Source of the DNA: Bacillales bacterium UBA1709
GTDB taxonomy: Bacteria; Bacillota_I; Bacilli_A; RFN20; UBA1709
Assembly (NCBI GenBank): GCA_002317215.1
Contig: DCJD01000027.1
Span: forward strand, 1 to 48,578
Length of the DNA: 48,578 nucleotides
Reading direction: 5' to 3'
Positions 19,266 to 27,885 of the stretch are shown here, one piece after another. A program made the translations under genes and the position numbers. A model generated the notes under the pieces. The model did no database searches, had not been told where the DNA came from, and saw nothing but the letters and a program-made list of their open reading frames with translations. The stretch's first letter is position 1. Every line of letters starts with the position of its first letter.

Positions 19266-19953
19266 ATTTAAACCTCATTTGAATAATATAAACAATAATA
19301 TTAAAAATTAATGAAAGGAAAATAAGAATAATACCTAGTGCTATTCCATAACTAAACATACCCATATTGGTATATCGCATAATAGCAGTTGTCATTACAT
19401 CACTTTTCCAAACAATAGCTCCACCGATCATCGATACTGCTCCTACTTCCGCAATTGATCTAGAGAAGCCAAGTAAATATGTAGTAATTAATTGAAACTT
19501 CGTTTCATTAATTGTTAATAGCATTGTTTTAACAAATCCTAATTTAAGTCCTTTAGTTGTTTCTTGGATAGAAGTAGCAATTGAACTTACAAATGTGGAT
19601 ATTGTTGCAATTAAAACTGGGGTAATTAAAATTATTTGAGCAACAACCATTCCCTTTATATTATGAAAAAACTTTAATCCACCCAACGCTCCAACTGGTA
19701 CAAATAACATATAGCATATTAAACCACAAACAACAGGAGGCACTCCTGTTAATGTATTGTTTATTACGGTAATTATATGTTTGCCTTTAAAATTAAAGTA
19801 TCCAAGTAATATACCTAAAGGTATTGCTAATAGTAAAGAAATTAAAGAGCTATATAGACATAGCTTTGCTGTTCGCAAAACTATGTCTATTAACTCCTCA
19901 TTTCCTCCGGATAATATTAATTCAATGGCTTGTTTGAAGCCTCTTTCAATCAT
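19252..19953 (-). CDS. tupB: Tungstate ABC transporter permease
   Basis: TGVPPVVCGL, GMVVAQ, FSRSIAEVGAVSMIGG and VMTTAI. Confidence 0.9.
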   Translation of the reverse strand: MIERGFKQAIELILSGGNEELIDIVLRTAKLCLYSSLISLLLAIPLGILLGYFNFKGKHIITVINNTLTGVPPVVCGLICYMLFVPVGALGGLKFFHNIKGMVVAQIILITPVLIATISTFVSSIATSIQETTKGLKLGFVKTMLLTINETKFQLITTYLLGFSRSIAEVGAVSMIGGAIVWKSDVMTTAIMRYTNMGMFSYGIALGIILIFLSLIFNIIVYIIQMRFKYDSK

Positions 19954-19956
19954 TTA

Positions 19957-20922
19957 TTATTTTCCAAAGTTTTTGTAGTAAGTTAAGAATGTTGCTTTAT
20001 CTGATAAGATATAAGCATTTGTATTTTCAGCATCTAATAGTGCAGCACCCATTCCTTTTCCAGTACTATTGTACCATGAAGCATAAGCTTGGAAGCTAGA
20101 TGCTTCTGCTGTAATACCTAATGCTGTTGGCCATAATGAAATTTCTTTTGTATGAGTTCCTGAATTATCCCCTCTTGAAACGAAAGCATATTGTTCAGTT
20201 GAGATTTTTTCAAAAGCTTGTTTAACAGTCATTTCAGTAGTGATGTTTAAAGGATTAGATTTAGGTCCAACTAATACGAAATAGTTGTACATGAAATTTA
20301 ATCTTGCAGCACTTTGACCAGTGATAATTCTAGCATATCCATCATTTACAAATGCTTCTTCTTGAGTTTTTGAGTGAACAAGAATTAAGTCTGCTGCGCC
20401 ATCTTTAGCAGCTTGAATAGCTTTTCCTGTACCTGCTGAATAGATTTCGATATCATAACCATATTTTGTTTCAAAAATAGGTAAAACATATCCAAGTAAT
20501 CCTGAATCGTTAACTGATGTAGTTGTAGATAATCTAATATCTTTAGTTTCACTAGTAGCACTTGGAATAGTTGCAGTGCTAGTTGGATGGCCATCTTTTA
20601 AGTAGAATAAGTATTCACCATATTCCGCATAACCATAACCTGCGCAAGCATTTAAACCTTCTTCAGATAAGAACCAGTTAATTAATGCATCAGCACCAAC
20701 AGTATTGATTGAAACTTCTGGTTTAGATGCAAAAGCGGCTGCATTTGGATCTACAGCTAGTAATGAATAATTATTAATCATATCACTATCTGATTCTAAA
20801 ATAATTTTTAAATTACTTACTGGTGTTTCTTCTTTATCTTTGTTTTTACCACAGCTACTTAAAGCAGCTACTGCTCCAAAAACAACAAAAAGAGCACTTA
20901 AAAATTTGAACTTTCTTTGCAT
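19957..20922 (-). CDS. tupA: Tungstate-binding lipoprotein, circularly permuted
   Basis: Lipobox LSSC24; TTTSVNDSG, GTGKA, VHSK and SRGDNSGTHTKE TupA signatures; the segment that is normally C-terminal sits at aa 38-108. Confidence 0.88.
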   Translation of the reverse strand: MQRKFKFLSALFVVFGAVAALSSCGKNKDKEETPVSNLKIILESDSDMINNYSLLAVDPNAAAFASKPEVSINTVGADALINWFLSEEGLNACAGYGYAEYGEYLFYLKDGHPTSTATIPSATSETKDIRLSTTTSVNDSGLLGYVLPIFETKYGYDIEIYSAGTGKAIQAAKDGAADLILVHSKTQEEAFVNDGYARIITGQSAARLNFMYNYFVLVGPKSNPLNITTEMTVKQAFEKISTEQYAFVSRGDNSGTHTKEISLWPTALGITAEASSFQAYASWYNSTGKGMGAALLDAENTNAYILSDKATFLTYYKNFGK

Positions 20923-20925
20923 ATA

Positions 20926-21030
20926 TTTCTCCTTTTCGCAATGGAAGGCTTATTCATTTCTAAATAAACCCCGGCTTACATCCATGGACTATGTAATTCT
21001 TTAGGATATTTAAGCTCGGATATAAGAGAT
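20926..21030 (-). ncRNA. Moco/tungsten-cofactor riboswitch (Rfam MOCO_RNA_motif-like) in the tupA leader
   Basis: Minus strand UCCGAGC...CCUAAAG...GCCGGG...UUAUUUA-GAAA-UGAAUAA-GCCUUCCAU...GAAAAGGAGA. It has a GNRA-capped stem, and the 3' strand contains the SD 5 nt before the ATG. Confidence 0.85.
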
Positions 21031-21180
21031 GTTCTTTCTCTTACATATTAACTATACCAAAAAAATACGGTTTGTTTAACAAATTAAACAAAATATATAA
21101 GCCATATATTTTGTATTGGTTTATTGTTTTAATCTTTATAATTTGATAAATTATAATTACTTATAAGGAGATTTTTTGAC

Positions 21181-21555
21181 ATGTATAGAATAGATACGAA
21201 AAAATGTGCCGATTGTGGATATTGTGCATATGTATGTCCATTTGGTGCTATTACTCATAATGTTGAGGAAAAATATTATGAGATTGATCAAGAAAAATGT
21301 AAGAAATGTGGATTATGTTTTAAAGCTTGTATAAGCGGATTTGTCTTAAAAGATGAAGAGGATAAACCAGTTGAAAACATTCACATTAGTGATGATTGTA
21401 TTGGTTGTACTTTATGTTCTAAAGTATGTCCAGTTAGTGCAATTAAAGGTCAAGTTAAAATGAAACATGAAATTGATCCTGCTAAATGTATTAAATGTGG
21501 GGTTTGTGCAACAAAATGTGCTAAGAAAGCAATTGTTGTGGAAAGAGGAAAGTAG
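21181..21555 (+). CDS. Polyferredoxin with four CxxCxxCxxxC motifs
   Basis: CADCGYCAYVC, CKKCGLCFKAC, CIGCTLCSKVC and CIKCGVCATKC; SD AAGGAG. Confidence 0.92.
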   Translation: MYRIDTKKCADCGYCAYVCPFGAITHNVEEKYYEIDQEKCKKCGLCFKACISGFVLKDEEDKPVENIHISDDCIGCTLCSKVCPVSAIKGQVKMKHEIDPAKCIKCGVCATKCAKKAIVVERGK

Positions 21556-21563
21556 GTGTAATT

Positions 21564-23462
21564 ATGGCAACAAAATATAAATCATATTGGGGTAAAGTTG
21601 TTAAAGTTAATTTAACAACAAAAGAAGTTACAGACTACGAAATTAGTGACAAAGATAGATTATTATATCTTGGTGGAAAGTGTATTGCTGCTAAGATTAT
21701 TTACGATAATATTAAATCTAAAATTGATCCATTAAGTGAAGAGAACATGATTGTTATTTCAACATCACCATTAAATGCTGTTGGAGCACCTTGTTCTTCT
21801 AGATTTAATACATCAACTATTTCACCATTAACTGGTTATTATACTTCCAGTAACTGTGGTGGTAACTTTGGTTTATCTTTAAAAAGAGCTGGTATTGATG
21901 CTTTAATTATTACTGGAAAAGCAAAAGATAAGACATATTTAGTTATTACTAATAATGGTATTGAATTTAAAGATGCTACTCCATATTGGGGTATGAAGAC
22001 TCAAGAAGTTCAAGAAGCTATACCAGATAAAGGTGCTAAATTTGTTATTGGACCTGCTGGTGAAAACTTAGTTAGATATGCTTGTGTTATCTCTGGTGAA
22101 AGAGCTAGTGGTAGAGGTGGAGTTGGTGCAGTATTTGGTTCTAAAAACTTAAAAGGTTTAGTTGCTTTTGGTATGAAATCTCCAGAAGTATATAATCCTA
22201 AAAAATTCCATAAGAATAATATATTATGGACTAAGAGATTAAGAACTCACCCAACTACTGGTAAGATTTTACCAGAACTTGGTACCGCATCATTAGTAAC
22301 GCCAATGCATGCTAAGAACTTACTTGCAACAAATAACTATAGAACTGGAAAGTTTGAACACTTTGATGATGTAAGTGGAGAAACTTTAAGAGATGAATAT
22401 CTAGTTAGAAACGATGGTTGTACAACTTGTCCTATTAGATGTGCTAGAGTTGTTACTGTAGATGGAAAGAGTGTTAAAGGACCAGAAGTTGAAACTATCG
22501 GTTTATTTGGACCTAATATTAGAAACAATAATATGCAAGCTATCCTAGACTGGAACTATTATATGGATGATCTCGGACTTGATACTATTAGCTGTGGTAA
22601 TACTATTTCATGGGCTATGGAAGCAAATGAAAAAGGATTCTGGAAGAATGGATTAGAATTTGGAAAGATTGATAATATTACTCAAACTCTTGATGATATT
22701 GCTCATAGAAAAGGTATCGGTAATGAACTTGCTGAAGGATCTAAGAGATTAAGTGAAAAATATGGTGGCAAAGAATTTGCTATGAACGTTAAAGGTATGG
22801 AACTTGCCGCTTATGAACCTCGTGGTGCTGTTGGACAAGGCTTAGGTTATGCTGTTGCTAACCGTGGTGGATGCCATCTTAATGGTGGATATTTAGTTGT
22901 TCTTGAAGGCTTAGGATTATCTGTAAATCCTTACACTCCAAAAGGAAAAGCCGCATTCTGTGTTATGTTCCAAGACTTAATGGAAGCATGTAGTGCTGGT
23001 GGTAACTGTTTATTTACAACTTATGCTTTCTTCCCATCTATTTTAATTGCTAAACCTAATAGTTGGATTACTAGAACTGTTAATAAAGTATTTACTAGTT
23101 TTGGTGGTATTGTTACTGTTTTATTAAAGAATCCACGTATTGCTGCAATTCATTTACCACATATGCTACCTCACACTAAGGCATTAAAATATGCTACTGG
23201 TATGTATATGGATTTAGGTAAATTCTTACAAATAGGTGAAAGAGGATACAACTTAGAAAGATTAATTGATGTAAATCTTGGTGTAAGTAAGAAAGATGAT
23301 GAATTGCCATTAAGATTAACAACTGAATTACAAATTGCAACTAATAAAGATTCTAAAGTTCCTTTAGATGTATTAAGAGCTAAATATTATAAAGTTAGAG
23401 GTTGGGATGAAAATGGTATTCCAACAGATAAATTATTAAAGAAATTAAAGATTGAAAAATAA
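21564..23462 (+). CDS. aor: Tungsten-dependent aldehyde:ferredoxin oxidoreductase (AOR/WOR family)
   Basis: GRGGVGAVFGSKNLK, CTTCPIRC plus GNCLF (4Fe-4S ligands), GPEVET, DDLGLD (DxxGxD), RGGCH and RGWDENGIP. Confidence 0.93.
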   Translation: MATKYKSYWGKVVKVNLTTKEVTDYEISDKDRLLYLGGKCIAAKIIYDNIKSKIDPLSEENMIVISTSPLNAVGAPCSSRFNTSTISPLTGYYTSSNCGGNFGLSLKRAGIDALIITGKAKDKTYLVITNNGIEFKDATPYWGMKTQEVQEAIPDKGAKFVIGPAGENLVRYACVISGERASGRGGVGAVFGSKNLKGLVAFGMKSPEVYNPKKFHKNNILWTKRLRTHPTTGKILPELGTASLVTPMHAKNLLATNNYRTGKFEHFDDVSGETLRDEYLVRNDGCTTCPIRCARVVTVDGKSVKGPEVETIGLFGPNIRNNNMQAILDWNYYMDDLGLDTISCGNTISWAMEANEKGFWKNGLEFGKIDNITQTLDDIAHRKGIGNELAEGSKRLSEKYGGKEFAMNVKGMELAAYEPRGAVGQGLGYAVANRGGCHLNGGYLVVLEGLGLSVNPYTPKGKAAFCVMFQDLMEACSAGGNCLFTTYAFFPSILIAKPNSWITRTVNKVFTSFGGIVTVLLKNPRIAAIHLPHMLPHTKALKYATGMYMDLGKFLQIGERGYNLERLIDVNLGVSKKDDELPLRLTTELQIATNKDSKVPLDVLRAKYYKVRGWDENGIPTDKLLKKLKIEK

Positions 23463-23464
23463 AT

Positions 23465-23710
23465 ATGATTAAAGTTTTATTATATGGTGAAGCACGCCTT
23501 ATATTTAATGTTAAAGAGATAGAAGAAAAAGGCAGTACTGTAAAGGAATTGTTAAGTAATCTAGCTCTTAGATATGATAAAAAATATAAGGATCTTAAGA
23601 AATTCTTGATATATGTTAATGACGTTAACATTACTGCTTTACGTATGTTTAGAACTAAATTAAATGATGGTGATGTTATTATGATGCTTTCTCCATCCTC
23701 AGGAGGTTAG
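23465..23710 (+). CDS. moaD: MoaD/ThiS sulfur carrier
   Basis: Ubiquitin-like size and C-terminal SSGG. Confidence 0.88.
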   Translation: MIKVLLYGEARLIFNVKEIEEKGSTVKELLSNLALRYDKKYKDLKKFLIYVNDVNITALRMFRTKLNDGDVIMMLSPSSGG

Positions 23711-23711
23711 T

Positions 23712-24317
23712 ATGATTAATAAAACAATAGCCATCGTTGGTCTTGGGGGATTGGGCGGATTTGTTTGTGAATATATTGGTAGACTTGGATTTGAGAAAAT
23801 TATTCTTATCGATAAAGATAAATTTTCTAAATCTAATATTAATCGTCAGCTCCTATGCACTACAAATACATTAGATACTTATAAGACAGATAATTACGAA
23901 GAAAAACTGAAACTAATTAGTGATTCTAAAGTAATAAATCATAAAGAATTTATCACTTTAGATAATCTATATTTATTAGATGGTGCAGACATTATTATTG
24001 ATTGCTTAGACAACATTTCAACTCGTTTAATTATTGAGAAATATGCTTCTAATAATAACAAAGTTATTATTCATGGTGCAATTGGAGAAAAAACTGGACA
24101 AGTATGTTTATGTTTACCTTCTTATAAGATGTTATCAAAATTATATAAAAATACTTCTGAAATTAAAAAACAAACATACGGTTATGCAGTATCCTTAATT
24201 GCTAGTTTAGAAGTTGAAGTATTAATGAAATATATCAACAATGATTATGCTGATCTAGTAGATAAAGTCATCTATGTTGATCTAAATGATTTAGAAATTA
24301 AAAAGCTTAAATTATAA
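23712..24317 (+). CDS. moeB: MoeB/ThiF-family adenylyltransferase
   Basis: VGLGGLGG, DKDKFSKSNINRQ and DCLDNISTR; no Zn-binding CxxC pairs. Confidence 0.82.
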   Translation: MINKTIAIVGLGGLGGFVCEYIGRLGFEKIILIDKDKFSKSNINRQLLCTTNTLDTYKTDNYEEKLKLISDSKVINHKEFITLDNLYLLDGADIIIDCLDNISTRLIIEKYASNNNKVIIHGAIGEKTGQVCLCLPSYKMLSKLYKNTSEIKKQTYGYAVSLIASLEVEVLMKYINNDYADLVDKVIYVDLNDLEIKKLKL

Positions 24318-24324
24318 ATCTAAT

Positions 24325-24352
24325 AAAGTAAGGTTATATAGCCTTACTTTTT
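24325..24352 (+). terminator. Terminator of the aor operon
   Basis: AAAGTAAGGT-tatata-GCCTTACTTT followed by TT. Confidence 0.8.
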
Positions 24353-24368
24353 ATATGCTTATGCATAT

Positions 24369-24397
24369 TTGACCTAAATCAAATATAGATTTATAAT
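24369..24397 (+). promoter_or_regulatory. Near-consensus sigma-A promoter
   Basis: TTGACC-17 bp-TATAAT. Confidence 0.8.
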
Positions 24398-24415
24398 TTA
24401 AGTGGAGGATTAAAT

Positions 24416-24856
24416 ATGGAATTTCTAGTTGTTGTTAAAGGATTATTCGATAGCGTTAAGGAACAATTCTTTGGAATGTATAAGAGAATGAAATTAGTTT
24501 TTGCTATTTTTATTACAATTCCTCTTGCTCCATTTATAGTTGCTTTTGCAGCTGTTATGTTAGTTTTATATTTAGTAAACGTATTCTTCCATGGTGCTAA
24601 AATGCCATGTGATTATGTTAAATCTAACTTAACTGAAGATGGAAATAAGGTTAAACCAGTTACTCAAGCTATTATCTATTTTGTTGGATATGGCGTAATT
24701 ATGTTTAATTATGTTTTACTTGGTTTCTTTGCTTTAAGTATCTTTACATTATATTTCTTAGCATCATGCTTTGGATTCGTAGTTGCTCTTGGAAAAATTA
24801 AATTCCAACCAATTATCAATGCTAAAGAAGAAAAAGAAGTAAAAGTAGTTGAATAA
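24416..24856 (+). CDS. Hypothetical membrane protein, monocistronic
   Basis: Two long hydrophobic stretches; own promoter, SD GGAGGA and terminator. Confidence 0.7.
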   Translation: MEFLVVVKGLFDSVKEQFFGMYKRMKLVFAIFITIPLAPFIVAFAAVMLVLYLVNVFFHGAKMPCDYVKSNLTEDGNKVKPVTQAIIYFVGYGVIMFNYVLLGFFALSIFTLYFLASCFGFVVALGKIKFQPIINAKEEKEVKVVE

Positions 24857-24861
24857 TTGAT

Positions 24862-24888
24862 AAAGGCTCAAATGAGCCTTTTATTTTT
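24862..24888 (+). terminator. Rho-independent terminator
   Basis: AAAGGCTCA-aa-TGAGCCTTT followed by a T-rich tail. Confidence 0.8.
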
Positions 24889-24910
24889 ATTATTTTTCTT
24901 AAAATATTAC

Positions 24911-24938
24911 TTGTCTAAGTTGATTTGATTCCTATAAT
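24911..24938 (+). promoter_or_regulatory. Sigma-A promoter 7 nt before the yybS ATG; leaderless-type
   Basis: TTGTCT-16 bp-TATAAT-tatagtg-ATG. Confidence 0.6.
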
Positions 24939-24945
24939 TATAGTG

Positions 24946-25887
24946 ATGACAAATAAAACTAGTATTTTAGTTATGGGTGGCTTATTTTCTGCCATCTATG
25001 CAGTATTTTTTATAGTATCTATTGAGTTTGGCGGGATGTTAGAATCTAGCTTGTTTTTCTTACTTCCATTACCTTTAGCTATATTTAGTTTTAAGTATGG
25101 ATTAAGAAACACCTTAATTACATTAATAGCTACTATTTTACTTGGACTTCTTATTAATCCTATTTCAACAATTTTCTATGTTCTAGGGGCTACTATTCTA
25201 GGGGTAGTTTATGGAGAATTATTAAGGAAAAAGATTAGTGAAAAAACAAGAATATTTATGTGTGTTTTAACTACTTTTATTGTGGATTTATTTTCGATGA
25301 TTTTATTTGCTAAATTTTTGAACTATAGTCTTGATTTAGAGATAAAAATGTTGTTTGATTTATTACTATCTATATTCAAAATCCCTATACATAATCAGGT
25401 AATTTATGAGAGAATGGTGATGGGATCAATTCCGCTATTTTTAGGGATATTTAGTTTTGTTGAAGGAATATTAATTCATTTATTAATCTCTTTTGTAATG
25501 AATAGATTAAAGTTGATAAAATATAACATTCTTACAATATACACATATAGTATTGATAAGAAATTTGGATATGGTTATTTGATTGCATTTTTAGCTCATT
25601 TATTTACTTTAAAATATTTCTATTTTTCTGATGGATTTTTGTATGTTTTAGGGATGATATTTTTTGTGATATTTTATCTATTTGTATTTGCGTTTTCAAT
25701 CGAAGGATATATGTGTTTAAATCTATATTTTGGAGCATCTAGAATAAAGATTATATACTTTATTCTATTAATATTATCTTTATTGTTTATTCCATTAATA
25801 TTAATAGCCATTTTCTCAGTACTAGGAATAATCTTTGTTTTTAGTGAATATCGTAAGCGTTTATTATATAATAATAAAAGCTTATGA
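24946..25887 (+). CDS. yybS: YybS/DUF2232 membrane protein
   Basis: FLLPLPLAIFSFKYG motif, multi-TM, conserved position before gdpP; the ATG at 24946 is preferred over the TTG at 24925. Confidence 0.75.
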   Translation: MTNKTSILVMGGLFSAIYAVFFIVSIEFGGMLESSLFFLLPLPLAIFSFKYGLRNTLITLIATILLGLLINPISTIFYVLGATILGVVYGELLRKKISEKTRIFMCVLTTFIVDLFSMILFAKFLNYSLDLEIKMLFDLLLSIFKIPIHNQVIYERMVMGSIPLFLGIFSFVEGILIHLLISFVMNRLKLIKYNILTIYTYSIDKKFGYGYLIAFLAHLFTLKYFYFSDGFLYVLGMIFFVIFYLFVFAFSIEGYMCLNLYFGASRIKIIYFILLILSLLFIPLILIAIFSVLGIIFVFSEYRKRLLYNNKSL

Positions 25888-25897
25888 GGTGATTTAA

Positions 25898-27874
25898 ATG
25901 TTTAAGACTATTAAAAAGAATAAAATAATCTCAATTATTGTTTATTCAATAGATATTTTAGTGATTGGATTGTTTATAGCTTTTATGTACCCAATATTAA
26001 AGGATAGTATTTATGCTATTACTATTTTTGGCATTGTTGTTTTAATGATTCCTTTATGTCTAAACATTACTCAAGTTGCCTCTTTTGATAAAGCTTTAAG
26101 AAAATATTATTTAACAATTGGAAACACTATTGGTGCTGATATTGCTGAAGCATATAAGTTTGGTGAGATTGGACTAGCAGCCTTTAATGAAGATAAGATC
26201 TTTATATGGACTAGTGGATTATTCTCCGAAAGAAAAATTAATATTTTAGGAGAGAGTATTATTGGAAAATTCCCACAACTTGGTGGGTTAATGAGTGAAG
26301 ATAATCCTGAGAATAAATTAACTACTCATGTTTATATTAATAAAAGAAATTATGAAGTTGTATTAGTCAGCGAACTTGATCTATTTATCTTTAAAGATGT
26401 TACAAATTATGATTCTCTTGCTAAAAAGAGCACCGATGAACAACCAATTTTATGTTCAATATTAATTGATGATTTTGATAGTATCGAAGATATTATTAAT
26501 GATGCAGATTACAGTAATGTAGTAAAAGAGATTGATGATGTTGTTAATGGTTTTGCTAAAGATCACAATTTCTTCATTTATAAACCAAAAGATGATGTTT
26601 ATCAATTAATTGGATTAGAGAAAGATTATAACGAGATTAAAGAACAAAACTTTGATATATTAGAAAAGATTTCTAAAATTCATAATAAAGAAACCACAAT
26701 CACTGCTTCAATTGGCATTGGTAGGGGAATATGTGATTATAATAAACTACTTGAATTATCTAAAGAAGCCTTAAACGTTGCTGAATCAAGAGGTGGTAAC
26801 CAAGTTGTTACTAATACTTATGAGAAAAATATGTTTTTCTTTGGTGGCCAAGGTGTTGAAAAGGTTCAAAAGACTAATACTGTTAAGTTAAGAATCATGG
26901 GAAGATCATTTATATCCCATGTTCAATCTGCTTCTGAACTATTCTTAATACCACATGTTGAAGCAGATTTTGATGCTATCGGTTCTTGCATTGGTTTATA
27001 TCAATTTGCTAAAAGATTAGGTAAAAAAGCTTATATTATTTGTGATGAAAAACAAATAGAATTAAAAACTAGATTAATGCTAAATGATTTATTTGATGAT
27101 GAAATATTATTATCTCAACAAAAGGCATTAAATCAATTAAACGAACAAACTTTAGTTATAGTTTGTGATGTTTCTAATCCAAAGATAGTTACAGCACCAA
27201 AGATTGTTGAGCAAGCAAAGAAGATAGCTGTTATTGATCATCATAGAGAATCAGAATATAACATTGATAATCCTTTGTTTGTCTTAAGGGATATTAATGC
27301 AAGTAGCACTTGTGAAATTGTTTCGTTATTGATGTTTGAAATTGGTGGAAATACTGTTGTTCCAAAAGAAGTTTCAACTTTTGTTCTTGCTGGTATTATT
27401 CTTGATACACATAATTTAACTGTTAAAACTACATCAGCTACTTTTAAAGCTTGTATGTTCTTAGAGGAAAATCATGCTGACGTTGCCTTAGCCAATTCAT
27501 ATATGAAAGATGAATATGAAGAATATGAATTAAAAGCAAAAGTATTATCTAATATTGAATCTCCAATGTATGGTATTGTAGTTTCATCAGCACCTGAAGA
27601 TGAAATATTAGAACGCGCAAGTCTTGCTAAGATTGCAATGGAAGCTATTAATATTAAAGGAATTAAAGCTGCTTTTATTTTAGGTTATATTGATAAAAAG
27701 GTTGTTGGTATTAGTGCTAGAAGTGATGGCAATATTAATACCCAATTGATAATGGAAAAACTAGGTGGTGGAGGACATCATTCAAGTAGTGCTTGTCAAA
27801 TAGAAAACACAACTATTGAAGATGCTAAAAAAGAATTAATCGGAGTTATTAAACTCTATAATAATGAGTTTTAG
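25898..27874 (+). CDS. gdpP: c-di-AMP phosphodiesterase (2 TM, degenerate GGDEF, DHH, DHHA1)
   Basis: AESRGGNQVV, HVEADFDAIGS, VIDHHR, GIILDT, SARS and GGGGH. Confidence 0.9.
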   Translation: MFKTIKKNKIISIIVYSIDILVIGLFIAFMYPILKDSIYAITIFGIVVLMIPLCLNITQVASFDKALRKYYLTIGNTIGADIAEAYKFGEIGLAAFNEDKIFIWTSGLFSERKINILGESIIGKFPQLGGLMSEDNPENKLTTHVYINKRNYEVVLVSELDLFIFKDVTNYDSLAKKSTDEQPILCSILIDDFDSIEDIINDADYSNVVKEIDDVVNGFAKDHNFFIYKPKDDVYQLIGLEKDYNEIKEQNFDILEKISKIHNKETTITASIGIGRGICDYNKLLELSKEALNVAESRGGNQVVTNTYEKNMFFFGGQGVEKVQKTNTVKLRIMGRSFISHVQSASELFLIPHVEADFDAIGSCIGLYQFAKRLGKKAYIICDEKQIELKTRLMLNDLFDDEILLSQQKALNQLNEQTLVIVCDVSNPKIVTAPKIVEQAKKIAVIDHHRESEYNIDNPLFVLRDINASSTCEIVSLLMFEIGGNTVVPKEVSTFVLAGIILDTHNLTVKTTSATFKACMFLEENHADVALANSYMKDEYEEYELKAKVLSNIESPMYGIVVSSAPEDEILERASLAKIAMEAINIKGIKAAFILGYIDKKVVGISARSDGNINTQLIMEKLGGGGHHSSSACQIENTTIEDAKKELIGVIKLYNNEF

Positions 27875-27885
27875 AGGTGTAGATC

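Noticed and set aside
21071-21092. Assignment of the palindrome as a Rex box
   Set aside because: The arms and spacing do not fit TTGTGAA-N4-TTCACAA without several mismatches; it is kept only as an unassigned operator candidate.
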